Shown in pieces: positions 10,150 through 19,753 of a stretch of 64,000 bases of DNA. Numbering within the stretch: the stretch's first letter is position 1; each line of letters starts with the position of its first letter. Made by a program: the position numbers and the translations under genes. Source of the stretch: Myxococcota bacterium (GTDB lineage: Bacteria; Myxococcota_A; UBA9160; UBA6930). The DNA lies in NCBI GenBank assembly GCA_965223705.1, contig OZ245015.1, positions 4,000,001-4,064,000 on the forward strand, given 5' to 3'. The notes beneath the pieces were generated by a model, which saw nothing but the letters and a program-made list of their open reading frames with translations, was not told the DNA's origin and did no database searches.

Positions 10150-11454
10150 GTGAGCTCGAAGCGCTCTTGGCGTTTTCCCCCTTGGGTGTTGGCCGGCCTG
10201 TTTCTAGCGGTCCTGTTCGGCGCTTCCTCCGCGTCCGCGCTTTGTTTTCGCGACTCGGACTGTTCGGGAAATCTCGAGTGTGTCGCGGGTGCGTGCGTTT
10301 GCCTCGGGCACAGCGACTGTCCGAGTGGTGACGTCTGCGTGGCGGGTATTTGCATCGAAGCGTCGTGCCGTAATACCGGTCAAACGTGCACCGCGGACAA
10401 CCAGTGTTGCGGAAGCCGCGTGTGCAGCGACCTCTTCCGCTGCCGCACCCCTCGACAAGCGGGACAAGCTTGCGGCCCCGACGCTCCTTGCGCGTCGGAT
10501 CTTTCCTGCACCTTCCCGCAGTTCGAGTGTGCACACTCGCCGCGACGGCTCGGAGAACCGTGTTCGGCCTTTACGCCGTGCGGCTCGGGTCTCGTCTGCG
10601 GAACCAACTTTCGGTGCAAGAACAAAGGCCAAGGGGTCGGCGAAGCGTGCGATATCGGCGTCGTCATCGGGTCCCAGGGCGCAATCAATTCCTGCGTGGG
10701 CGATCTGAGCTGCAACTTCTGTGTAGGCAACGGCTGCGACGGCGAAACGGCGTGCTTTCCGGACGTGGCCTTGAACGCGTTCGACGGACGGCTCTCGAAA
10801 AGCGAATGCGAGCAAGCCTACAGCGCGAAAGCTCACCAAGCCGCTATGGATGCCGGCGAAGTCCGAACGTTCGGAACCGGTGGACAGGTGGTGGCCGCCG
10901 CCGGGATCTCGTACGAACGCGGTGTCGTCTACGGGCCCGACGGACGGGCCGGATGTTTCTTGACGACATGCGTGGGTGGCGAAGCCGACATCGCGATCGA
11001 GCCGGTGTTTAGCTGCAACGGCGTCTACGACGACTATGATGCAGTGGCGGGGAAGTCGGTCGCGATCGTCGAAGAGGGGCAGGTTCCGTTCTCGCCGGTG
11101 AATATCTCCGATATCGTTCTCCGGACCAAGCTCACGGCGTTCTCGAACCGAGACACCCAGATCGGGCGCGAAGGATGTATCGGTGTGGGAATTGGCTTGA
11201 GCCCCATCCCCTACACCCGAGGGATCTACGACTGCACGACGGAAGTCGAAAACATTCGCGAGCGCCCTATTCCGGGCAACTTCAACAACGACGGCTGCGT
11301 CGACCGACGCGATGTCATCGAGCTCCTCCGGGAAGTTCGGGCCGGCAGTAGCGACCCCGCGATGGATCTCAATCGAGATGGCGTCGTCAACGTGGCCGAC
11401 GTACGCTTCTTGGCACGCCTGTTCTCGAACCCCCGAGGTGCGCCTTGCTCTTGA
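10150..11454 (+). CDS. Secreted cysteine-rich repeat protein with C-terminal type I dockerin domain
   Basis: Signal peptide ending ASA; about 28 Cys in repeated C-x5-C-x5-C-x4-6-C units; duplicated EF-hand-like dockerin motifs GNFNNDGCVDRRD and DLNRDGVVNVAD; GAGG RBS before GTG 10150. Confidence 0.8.
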   Translation: MSSKRSWRFPPWVLAGLFLAVLFGASSASALCFRDSDCSGNLECVAGACVCLGHSDCPSGDVCVAGICIEASCRNTGQTCTADNQCCGSRVCSDLFRCRTPRQAGQACGPDAPCASDLSCTFPQFECAHSPRRLGEPCSAFTPCGSGLVCGTNFRCKNKGQGVGEACDIGVVIGSQGAINSCVGDLSCNFCVGNGCDGETACFPDVALNAFDGRLSKSECEQAYSAKAHQAAMDAGEVRTFGTGGQVVAAAGISYERGVVYGPDGRAGCFLTTCVGGEADIAIEPVFSCNGVYDDYDAVAGKSVAIVEEGQVPFSPVNISDIVLRTKLTAFSNRDTQIGREGCIGVGIGLSPIPYTRGIYDCTTEVENIRERPIPGNFNNDGCVDRRDVIELLREVRAGSSDPAMDLNRDGVVNVADVRFLARLFSNPRGAPCS

Positions 11455-12044
11455 GCCTACACAACAGCCTCCGCGCCATCTTCGTCTTGATCGGGTTGAG
11501 TGCGTCTGGGCCGGCCGCGGCGATCACCGTCTTTCTCGATCCGGTGACGCAAGACGTGACCGCTCCGGCGAAGGCCTCGATCGGCCTTCACGTCTCCGGG
11601 TTGGGCAACGGCGTGGCGCCCTCGCTCGGGGCTTTCGACATCGGCATCGCGTTCGACCCGGCGGTTCTGATGTTTGACGATGTGGTGTTCGGCACGTTTC
11701 TTGGCGACGAAGCGGGGGGGGAAGCGTTTAGCGGTTTCGACGACTCGGTAGCGGGAACGGTCTCTGTCGACGTCGTCTCCGCCCTCTTCGATTTCGAGCT
11801 CGACGCCGGCCAACCCGACGCGTTCTTGTTGGCGACGCTCGAATTCGCCCCCGTATCGGGCTCGGGAACGAGTGCCGTCGGGATCGCGAGCGTCCTACTC
11901 AGCGACCCCGAGGCGAACATCCTGACGAACGTAATGATCAGCTCTTCCTCGGAAGTCACGGTCGTTCCGGAGCCCAGCTCGGGCCTCCTGCTCGGGGCAG
12001 GTCTGTTAGGCCTTCTCCGCTTGCGCCGTCGATCGCGAGCTTGA
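11451..12044 (+). CDS. Cohesin-domain protein with PEP-CTERM sorting signal
   Basis: Signal peptide; cohesin-like LGAFDIGIAFDPAVL and LLATLEF strands; C-terminal VPEPSS + TM + RLRRR; TTG start overlaps the upstream TGA. Confidence 0.8.
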   Translation: MSLHNSLRAIFVLIGLSASGPAAAITVFLDPVTQDVTAPAKASIGLHVSGLGNGVAPSLGAFDIGIAFDPAVLMFDDVVFGTFLGDEAGGEAFSGFDDSVAGTVSVDVVSALFDFELDAGQPDAFLLATLEFAPVSGSGTSAVGIASVLLSDPEANILTNVMISSSSEVTVVPEPSSGLLLGAGLLGLLRLRRRSRA

Positions 12045-12103
12045 TTCTCCGGCGGCTTCCGATCCACAATGGCCAAACACCGTCCATCGAAGGAGTGTCC
12101 GCC

Positions 12104-12547
12104 ATGGGTGCCACCGAACTCGAACAGCGCATCACCCGCCTCGAGGACATCGAGGCGATCAAGCAACTGAAAGCCCGCTACTGCGAAATTTGCGATGACG
12201 ACCACAACCCGGATCGCATCACGTCGCTATTCGCGGAAGACGCCATTTGGGAGAGCGCCGACTTCGGCAAGGCCGAGGGGCACGATGCGATCCGCGAGCT
12301 CTTCACCGGATTCAAGAAGATGTTCAACTTCTCCCAGCACAACATCATGAACCCGATCATCGAAGTCGACGGCGATCGCGCGACGGGTGTCTGGTACATC
12401 ATGGGGCCCTGGACCTATACCGAGAACAACGAAGAGAAGTGGCTCGCGCTCCGCTACAACGACGACTACGTCAAGCGAGACGGAGAGTGGAAGTACCAGC
12501 ATCTGCGGGTCGCGCTCCGCATGGTGGCCGACCGTCAGGCGGGGTAG
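12104..12547 (+). CDS. SnoaL-like/NTF2-family protein (LinA/BaiE-like)
   Basis: LEDIEAIKQLKARYC..D, F.EDA.W, HN..NP.I..DGD.A, Y.D.YV...GEW; AAGGAG RBS. Confidence 0.85.
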   Translation: MGATELEQRITRLEDIEAIKQLKARYCEICDDDHNPDRITSLFAEDAIWESADFGKAEGHDAIRELFTGFKKMFNFSQHNIMNPIIEVDGDRATGVWYIMGPWTYTENNEEKWLALRYNDDYVKRDGEWKYQHLRVALRMVADRQAG

Positions 12548-12554
12548 CGAATCG

Positions 12555-12995
12555 ATGGCTGCGAGCGCACCGCCGACTCCTTGGCTGATCCGGCTCATGA
12601 CGCGAATTCACCTGGCTCTCCATCGCCTGAGCGGTGGCAAGCTCTTCAACGAACTCGGCGGCGACGACGTGTGCTTCGTCGAAATGGTCGGAGCCAAGAG
12701 CGGGCGCTCCCTCACGGTTCCGCTCATGCACGTTCCGTATGGCGCGGGAGTCCTTCTGGTCGCGTCCCAGGGCGGCGCTCCCCGAAACCCCGTCTGGTAC
12801 CACAACCTGGTGAAGAACCCGGATGTCGAAGTGGTGCACCGGGGTCGCCGCATGTCACTGCGCGCGCGCCTGGCAACTGCGGAAGAAAAGCCGGCCCTCT
12901 GGCCCGTTTGCGACGAGCACTACGCACCGTACGCGGACTACCGCGCCCGAACGACGCGAGACATCCCGATCTTCGTGTGTGAGCCGCGGACCTAG
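12555..12995 (+). CDS. Deazaflavin-dependent nitroreductase (Ddn/FDOR-A) family protein
   Basis: GAKSG..., VASQGG..RNPVWYHNL..NP, YRART.RDIPIF. Confidence 0.88.
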   Translation: MAASAPPTPWLIRLMTRIHLALHRLSGGKLFNELGGDDVCFVEMVGAKSGRSLTVPLMHVPYGAGVLLVASQGGAPRNPVWYHNLVKNPDVEVVHRGRRMSLRARLATAEEKPALWPVCDEHYAPYADYRARTTRDIPIFVCEPRT

Positions 12996-14059
12996 TTGCG
13001 AAGACCCGCTTCGCGCAGCAGGGGAACGATCTCGGTGCCGACCCGCTTGGTGTCCTGCTCGTAGCGGAGGAACGTCATCAGGACCCCGTCGATTCCGAAG
13101 CTCGAGAGTTTTTGAAGCCCGTCGACCACGTCATTCGCGGTCCCGAGAAGCGGCATGCTCCCACCGGTAAACGCAAAGAGTTCATAGGTCACGTCGTCGA
13201 AGGAATCGCTTTCGACGCCGAGGGTCGAGGCCCAGTTCTCGATCGCGACCGGGTCCGCCCCGGCAATGAGCTTCTCCCGTTCGCCGAGCGCCCACGCCGG
13301 ATCTTCGTTCCAGAGCGGCATTACCGACGCGACGACTTTGAGATCCCGCCCCTTCGCCCGGGCGCGCGCCTTGACATCGGCCGTGATCTCCTCTGCGGCT
13401 TCGAAGTTCATCGGGCAGATGAAACACCAATCGCAAATGCTCGAGACCAATTCGCGCGCGTCCTCGGATTGGCCTGCGTTGACGATCGGCGGATGAGGGC
13501 GTCGCGTGGGCTGCGGCCTCGTATAGCCGCCGCGGATCGTGTAGTAGCGCGACTCGAAATCGAAGGTTCCGGGCTCTTCGGTCCACAAGCCCTTTAAGCA
13601 GCGAATAAAGTCGCCCGTCCGCTGATAGCGATCTTCGTGCGGCAACATCTCAATGCCCATCATGTCGAACTCGGGCTTGTTCCATCCGCTGACGATGTTG
13701 ATCCCCCATCGTCCACCGGACAGATGATCGAGTGTGGCGCCCATCTTGGCGGCGACGACGGGATTGAAGACGGGGACGTGCACCGTCGAGTAGACCTCGA
13801 GACGGTTCGTCAGTGTGAGGAGCCCTGCCGCCCAAGTCATCGTCTCGAGCGAATCGCCCATATAGTCACTCTCGCCACCGAACCCCATCCAGCGACTCAC
13901 GGGGAAGATGAAGTCGAACCCCGCGTCTTCCGCAGCGAGCGCGATTCTCGCATTCGACGCAAAGGTCCAGTCGTCGGGCTCGGGCTTGTAGGTCGAGAGC
14001 TGCATCAGGTTCTTGCAGCTCGGCATAAAGATTCCGAGCTTGAGGCGATCTTCGGGCAC
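12992..14059 (-). CDS. LLM-class flavin-dependent monooxygenase (RutA/SsuD-like)
   Basis: AEDAGFDF.FPVSRWMGFGG, TLDHLSGGRWGINIVSGW, NAGQS; GGAG RBS before GTG 14059. Confidence 0.88.
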   Translation of the reverse strand: MPEDRLKLGIFMPSCKNLMQLSTYKPEPDDWTFASNARIALAAEDAGFDFIFPVSRWMGFGGESDYMGDSLETMTWAAGLLTLTNRLEVYSTVHVPVFNPVVAAKMGATLDHLSGGRWGINIVSGWNKPEFDMMGIEMLPHEDRYQRTGDFIRCLKGLWTEEPGTFDFESRYYTIRGGYTRPQPTRRPHPPIVNAGQSEDARELVSSICDWCFICPMNFEAAEEITADVKARARAKGRDLKVVASVMPLWNEDPAWALGEREKLIAGADPVAIENWASTLGVESDSFDDVTYELFAFTGGSMPLLGTANDVVDGLQKLSSFGIDGVLMTFLRYEQDTKRVGTEIVPLLREAGLRN

Positions 14060-14143
14060 GGCGCTTCTCCAGGGAGTCAGAATACCCTGCCGTTCGCCCC
14101 TCGGCAGGTTAGAGTTCCGATCGAACGCCTCGAGGAGATTCTC

Positions 14144-16222
14144 ATGCGCGCACTTTGGCGAAGCTGGCTTGTACTGACGCTCTGCATCGGAGGACCCGCG
14201 GGATCGCAGACGCTGGTCGATGACGCGGCCCTGACGAGCGGCGGCAACGGTGAGAATTGGGTCGGCTTCGGCAGGACCTACAGCGAACAACGCTTCAGCC
14301 CGCTGACTCAAGTGAACTCGAAGACGGTGAAGGAGCTGGGGCTCGCGTGGCACCTCGACCTCGAAGACGACCGCACCCTCACGGCGACACCGCTCGCGAT
14401 CGACGGCGTGTTGTATTTCACGAGTAGCTACAGCAAGACGCGCGCCGTCGAAGCGCGGACTGGAAAACTCCTATGGGAGTACGATCCGAAGTCGATCGAG
14501 CACGCCGGCGACCGTCTTCAAAACATGTGGGATACGAGCCGCGGCCTCGCGTACTGGAAGGGCAAGGTCATCATCGCGACGATCGATGGCCGACTGGTCG
14601 CGCTCAACGCGAAGACCGGCGAGCACCTCTGGGAGACGCTGACCGTCGACCCGGCGAAGGCGCTCTATATCACCGGACTTCCCAAGGTTTTCAAAGGCAA
14701 GGTCATCGTGGGTAACGGTGGCTCGGAGCACACCGACGCGCGCGGGTACGTCACGGCCTACGACGTCGAAACCGGGAAACAACTCTGGCGGTTCTACGTC
14801 GTTCCCGGAAATCCGGCAGACGGGTTCGAAAACAAGGCAATGGAAATGGCCGCGAAAACGTGGACCGGTGACTGGTGGCGGTTCGGCGGCGGCGGTCAAG
14901 TGTGGCACGGGATCACGTACGACCCGGAATTTGATCAGGTCATCATCGGTACGGGCAATGGAACCCCGTGGAACCGCAAGATCCGAAGTCCCGGCGGCGG
15001 CGACAACCTCTTTCTGTGTTCGCTGGTCGCCCTCGACGCTGAGACGGGCGACTACAAGTGGCACTACCAGACGACGCCCGGCGAGACCTGGGACTACAAC
15101 TCCAATATGGACATCGTCCTGGCGGATCTCAAGATCGGCGGAAAGCCGGTGAAGGCGCTCATGCACGCGCCGAAGAACGGTTTCTTCTACGTCATCGATC
15201 GCAAAGACGGCAAGCTCCTTTCCGCTGAGAAAATCGGGAAGGTCACGTGGGCGACTCACATCGACATGGAGACCGGGCGTCCCGTCGAAAACCCCAAAGC
15301 CCGCTACGAAGACGGCGAAGAGCTCGTATGGCCGAGCACCTTGGGCGCTCACAACTGGCACGCGATGTCCTACAACCCGCAAACGGGGTTGGCGTATATC
15401 CCGACCATCGAGATGCCCGGACTCTTCAGCGATGCCGGGATCGACCTCAAGGCGTGGCGGAGCAAGAACTTCCGAATGCACTTCGGCGTCACGTTCGAAG
15501 GCGACGCACCGGAAGATTGGGGTTCTGCGGCACTGCTCGCCTGGGATCCGATTGAACAGAAGAAAGCCTGGTCGGTGAAGCTACCGCCGAGCTGGAACCC
15601 CGGTACGTTGACGACGGCGGGCGAGTTGGTGTTTCAGGGACAGGCGGACGGTGACTTCGTCGCGTACAACGCGTCGACGGGCGCAGAACTCTGGTCGGTC
15701 AATTTGGGACTCGGCATTTCTGCACCGCCCATCACGTACAGCGTCGACGGCGAACAGTACGTCTCGCTCCTCGTCGGTTGGGGCGGTGGCGGCTTGCTGT
15801 TTGGAACCCACGCGGCGCAACACGGCTGGGCCTACCGCGCTCAGCCCCGCCGACTCTTCACGTTCAAGATCGGCGGAAGTGCGGCGATGCCTGAGTTTGC
15901 GCCGAAGGTGTTCGCGAAGCCGGTCGATGTCCCCGACTTCGTCATCGACGATGCGCTCGTCGAGACCGGTACGCAGGTTTGGACCGAGTCGTGCTTGTGG
16001 TGTCACGGCAGCGCAGCGGTATCGGGCGGGCACGCCCCGGATCTCCGCGAGTCGCCGCTGGCGCTCAACCTCGAGAGCTTCCGCGCCATCGTGAAAAACG
16101 GCGTGCTCGAGCGGGGCATGCCTCGCTTCAAAGACCACACCGACGAAGAAATCACCGCCCTCTTCCACTTCGTCCGTCGGGAAGCGAGAAAAGCCGTCAC
16201 GAAAACGGCAAAGAACCCCTAG
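14144..16222 (+). CDS. PQQ-dependent quinohemoprotein dehydrogenase (type II ADH-like)
   Basis: Signal peptide, GRTYSEQRFSPL, PQQ beta-propeller Trp-docking motifs, C-terminal cytochrome c motif CLWCH; GAGGAG RBS. Confidence 0.92.
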   Translation: MRALWRSWLVLTLCIGGPAGSQTLVDDAALTSGGNGENWVGFGRTYSEQRFSPLTQVNSKTVKELGLAWHLDLEDDRTLTATPLAIDGVLYFTSSYSKTRAVEARTGKLLWEYDPKSIEHAGDRLQNMWDTSRGLAYWKGKVIIATIDGRLVALNAKTGEHLWETLTVDPAKALYITGLPKVFKGKVIVGNGGSEHTDARGYVTAYDVETGKQLWRFYVVPGNPADGFENKAMEMAAKTWTGDWWRFGGGGQVWHGITYDPEFDQVIIGTGNGTPWNRKIRSPGGGDNLFLCSLVALDAETGDYKWHYQTTPGETWDYNSNMDIVLADLKIGGKPVKALMHAPKNGFFYVIDRKDGKLLSAEKIGKVTWATHIDMETGRPVENPKARYEDGEELVWPSTLGAHNWHAMSYNPQTGLAYIPTIEMPGLFSDAGIDLKAWRSKNFRMHFGVTFEGDAPEDWGSAALLAWDPIEQKKAWSVKLPPSWNPGTLTTAGELVFQGQADGDFVAYNASTGAELWSVNLGLGISAPPITYSVDGEQYVSLLVGWGGGGLLFGTHAAQHGWAYRAQPRRLFTFKIGGSAAMPEFAPKVFAKPVDVPDFVIDDALVETGTQVWTESCLWCHGSAAVSGGHAPDLRESPLALNLESFRAIVKNGVLERGMPRFKDHTDEEITALFHFVRREARKAVTKTAKNP

Positions 16223-16695
16223 GCCGTGGCGCGAAGACGACGGATCCCGATCAGGATCCAGCCGAGGGTCGCGGCACCTGGGAAGGCCACCAACAAAAAG
16301 GCCATGACCGTTCGCCAGGAGATCGCCCCGGGGAACAGGACCGCTTCGCTCGGATCACCCGGGTCGTAGAACACCCGGACGGTCCGTCCCACGTCGAACG
16401 TCCCCGCCGGCTGACGATACCCGACGCCGACGTACGAGAGCCGCGTTCCCTCGAAGCTCTTGCCGTGGACGGTGTAGGCGTAACGGATGCTCGACGTGAG
16501 CGTCTGCCCCTTCGCACGGCGCGCGTCATGGTCGATGACGTCGCCCGTTACGCTCGGCCAGCCGCGGCTTTGCCACCCTCGCTCGAGGTCGGGGTAGACG
16601 AGCGAACCCACCGCAAGCGCGCCCGCGAGCAGGGTCAAGAGCACGAGCAAGACGACGAAGAAGCCCGTGACTTGTGCCGGTCTCAGTTTCGGCAC
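16219..16695 (-). CDS. DUF3592-family membrane protein
   Basis: TM - WPSVTG.V - Y.Y.V.G - V.VFYDP.DP.EAVL - TM. Confidence 0.8.
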   Translation of the reverse strand: MPKLRPAQVTGFFVVLLVLLTLLAGALAVGSLVYPDLERGWQSRGWPSVTGDVIDHDARRAKGQTLTSSIRYAYTVHGKSFEGTRLSYVGVGYRQPAGTFDVGRTVRVFYDPGDPSEAVLFPGAISWRTVMAFLLVAFPGAATLGWILIGIRRLRATA

Positions 16696-16704
16696 GCGAG
16701 GCCG

Positions 16705-17703
16705 CTAGAGCTTGAACGAGAGACTGACCGCGCCGAAGATCTGCTCGTCTTCCTGCGTCTCGAACTCTTCGGTACGCGCCACGACCGAGAACGCGATCTG
16801 TGTCCGCAACAACTGGATCACGATGCCGACCTGAACGTCGAGGACGAGCGGTCGCCGGTCGACCTCGAGGCTGTCGCGCCGCGTGTTGCCGTCGAGAAAA
16901 ATGTTGTAAGCCACGGCGCGCCCGGAGGCGCCGGCGAAGATGTACCACCCGAAGCTGTCGCTCGGCCGGAAGAACCCACCGCCGGCCAGGCTCGGGCGGA
17001 TCCGCGGCGGCCCGTAGTCGTCTTCGAGATCGTTGCCGATGCGAAGCGTGAGGCCCGCGGTCGCTTGGGTGAGCACGTTGCCGACAGAAAACCCGGCGTT
17101 CGGCGTGAGATCGATTCCGATCCGCGCCGCTTCCCACTCCGCGAGGGCGCGCCACTTGCGATCGAACGTCAAGACGACCCCGGCCTCGTGGCGGAGCTGG
17201 TTGTCCCAGCCGCGCGGCTCGTCCGAGTGAATCAGCTCGTGGACGTTCGTTTGAGTCCATTCGCCTCCCGCGTCGGGCCCGATCACACCGCCTTGAAGGG
17301 AGAGCGTGTCGAGGATTCGCCCGCGGCGCTCGACCACGATGGAGAGATCGGCGTAGAGCCAGCCGGCGTAGGGATGTTGGTCTGGCAGCGGCTGCGTCGC
17401 GCTGATGTCCTGAGGCGTGAACATGCTCTGGCCGAGTGCAAACCCGAACCGAACGATGTCCTCGTCTTCGGCCCCCATAAAGAGACCGGCGGCGCCTTGG
17501 ACGATTCCCCAAACCTGGTCGGGGCCCGTCAGGTAGCCGAGCCGGACACCGCTCGTGTAGTTGCGGTCGGTCCCCCCGGCGAGTGCGTCATTTTCGACGA
17601 GAAGCGACAGCGTGCCGCGGTCTTCGTACTTGTCGGCGTAAGCCGCCGTGGCCAACAAAAGGACGACGATGCCGGCGAAGACCGGTCGGGTTTTCACGTT
17701 CAA
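16705..17703 (-). CDS. Lipid A deacylase LpxR-family outer membrane protein
   Basis: ENDAL..GTDRNYTSG, GQSMFTP.D, PYAGWL, QT.VH, GWDNQL, NIFLDGN. Confidence 0.9.
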   Translation of the reverse strand: MNVKTRPVFAGIVVLLLATAAYADKYEDRGTLSLLVENDALAGGTDRNYTSGVRLGYLTGPDQVWGIVQGAAGLFMGAEDEDIVRFGFALGQSMFTPQDISATQPLPDQHPYAGWLYADLSIVVERRGRILDTLSLQGGVIGPDAGGEWTQTNVHELIHSDEPRGWDNQLRHEAGVVLTFDRKWRALAEWEAARIGIDLTPNAGFSVGNVLTQATAGLTLRIGNDLEDDYGPPRIRPSLAGGGFFRPSDSFGWYIFAGASGRAVAYNIFLDGNTRRDSLEVDRRPLVLDVQVGIVIQLLRTQIAFSVVARTEEFETQEDEQIFGAVSLSFKL

Positions 17704-17836
17704 TCAAGCCTCCGTAGTGATCATCCCGTGCCGGCGCGAACTTACACGAATTCTAGAGTTAGGGAAGCTACCGACGAGACCTGGTAGGATTCCAGGGTGG
17801 GTGGGTGACGAGCTTGGACGTGACGTAGAGGTCGCC

Positions 17837-18736
17837 ATGCACTTCCCCCGCTGCTCAGTCCCTGTCCTGATTCTCGCTTTTCTCTCGACCGCGTCCGCAG
17901 CCAATCCGTGGACTACCTCCGCCATCGGCTTGAACTACATCGGCATCGGCGAGTGCGTTGTCGTGAACAGCTCCGGTGTTTCTCAGGATGTCCAAATATT
18001 TATCGTCGACTCGATGACGGGTGTACAGGTGGCGTCGACCCCTGGCTTCGCGAATATTGAAGCCAGCGAATCCGGCTCCCTCTCGTTCCAAGCGCTTCAC
18101 GCCGCGCGACGTGACTACTACTGCTTGGTGGTCTCGCCAAACGATATTGCACCGGTGCTCCGGGTCGCCTTCCGAAGAATCACCTTCGCGGGCGAAGTGA
18201 GCGACGAGTCCGACGGTCTGGCCCCCGGGTTCCGACCGGACCCCACAGACCCGGTGCTCACCGAATCTCGGCAATACGTGCCTTACAACGTGAGCTTTGA
18301 GAACGATGCGACCGTGTGCGATGCACCCGGCGGTTCGAGTGACACCAACACCCTCGTCATCAACTCGAATGAGCCGTTCACCGTGACTTCGGTCCGGCTT
18401 GGAATCGACAACACCGTTCACGCTGACGATTTCGTCAAGCTCAGCTCGATCAAGGTCGACGGCCACACACTCTTCTTCAAGACGCCGGAGCTGGACATCG
18501 ACTTCAACGGCGGTCCCTTCGACGTACTGGGGGGAAGCTTTGGAGGGCCGGACGGTGCCTCCTTCATCAATACACCCCGAGAACTCGCTTCGGAAGCTCT
18601 TCCCGGCAACGACATCGAGATCCAGTTGCAGTGCTCCGCCGGAGTGGATGGACCCAGCGTGTTGCTGAGCGATGTTCAGGTTTCCGGATGGCGCCGGGAG
18701 AACGCTCTGGTACAAGTGGAATTGCTCGACTTCTAA
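17837..18736 (+). CDS. Secreted hypothetical protein
   Basis: GAGG RBS, signal peptide ending ASA, about 300-aa beta-rich ORF with no family I recognise. Confidence 0.65.
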   Translation: MHFPRCSVPVLILAFLSTASAANPWTTSAIGLNYIGIGECVVVNSSGVSQDVQIFIVDSMTGVQVASTPGFANIEASESGSLSFQALHAARRDYYCLVVSPNDIAPVLRVAFRRITFAGEVSDESDGLAPGFRPDPTDPVLTESRQYVPYNVSFENDATVCDAPGGSSDTNTLVINSNEPFTVTSVRLGIDNTVHADDFVKLSSIKVDGHTLFFKTPELDIDFNGGPFDVLGGSFGGPDGASFINTPRELASEALPGNDIEIQLQCSAGVDGPSVLLSDVQVSGWRRENALVQVELLDF

Positions 18737-18757
18737 GAACGGCTCGGCTAGACAGCC

Positions 18758-19729
18758 CTAGCCGCTGGCCACGGACGCGAACGCTTCGAGCTCGCGCGGG
18801 ATGTCTGCTCCAGCGGGTTGGAAGGCGATCTCCGTGGCGCCGCCCGCCTCGATGGCGGCAATGCGGTCGCGCCAAGCGGCGCGGTCGAGCGCGAGCCCGC
18901 TGCTCGCGAGCCACTTGCCCGTCACGAACGGCCGGTCGTGGGCGTTGATGCCGACGAGGTGGCCATCGTGCATAACGAGATGCCGCGTTTCTCTGGGAAG
19001 CGCCTCGTAGGATTGCAACCAGTCCTTGCCGGTGTCGACCATGTCGAGCATGTCGTGTTCGACGGCGTAGTGGAACATGACGGCGCCACCGTGGCCAGCT
19101 GCGTCGAGAACGCGCGCGCTCCCCGGGTCTTCTCCGTCTTCTAGCACCGTGCCGACGATCAACGCGACGCTCCACTCGAAGTCGGGACACGCTTCGAACG
19201 GCGACAACACGCCCGCGGCTTCGGCCTTGGCCATGGCGACGCCTTTCGGTCCCCCCACCGCGTAGACGATCGGCACATCGATGGGGCGCTTCGCACCGTA
19301 GCCCGGCCAGTGGAGCATCTTGATCCGTCCACCCTCCCATTCCGCTTCCTCACCCCGCAGCAAGGCGCGGAGGACCCCGACGTAGCTCGATACAGACGAC
19401 CAGGTGAGCGGTCGGCGCCCCATACTGAGACAAGCCGTAAAGCCGGTGCCGACGCCGATCGAGACCCGCTCCTGGCCGGCCGCCTCGACCAGCGTCGCAA
19501 TCGCGGCCGCCGTCACCATCGGATGGCGGAGGTGCGGCACCAGCACACCGGGACCCAGGCCGATCCTTTCCGTCAAGTCGGCGGCGCGGCACAGCTGCAC
19601 CCAGACATCGGGATACAGGGCGGGCGAGTCGTAATACCAGGCGCGCTCGAACCCGAGTTGCTCGGCGATGCGGGTGTGCTCCGGAGTTTCGAGCGACGTC
19701 GCGAAAGCGCAAGAGAATTTCGTTGCCAC
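18758..19729 (-). CDS. LLM-class (Mer-like) flavin/F420-dependent oxidoreductase
   Basis: AEQLGFERAWYYDSP, T.RIGLGPGVLVP.LRHP.VTA.AIATL. Confidence 0.88.
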   Translation of the reverse strand: MATKFSCAFATSLETPEHTRIAEQLGFERAWYYDSPALYPDVWVQLCRAADLTERIGLGPGVLVPHLRHPMVTAAAIATLVEAAGQERVSIGVGTGFTACLSMGRRPLTWSSVSSYVGVLRALLRGEEAEWEGGRIKMLHWPGYGAKRPIDVPIVYAVGGPKGVAMAKAEAAGVLSPFEACPDFEWSVALIVGTVLEDGEDPGSARVLDAAGHGGAVMFHYAVEHDMLDMVDTGKDWLQSYEALPRETRHLVMHDGHLVGINAHDRPFVTGKWLASSGLALDRAAWRDRIAAIEAGGATEIAFQPAGADIPRELEAFASVASG

Positions 19730-19753
19730 GGGCGATGACCTCCTCGGTCCGGC

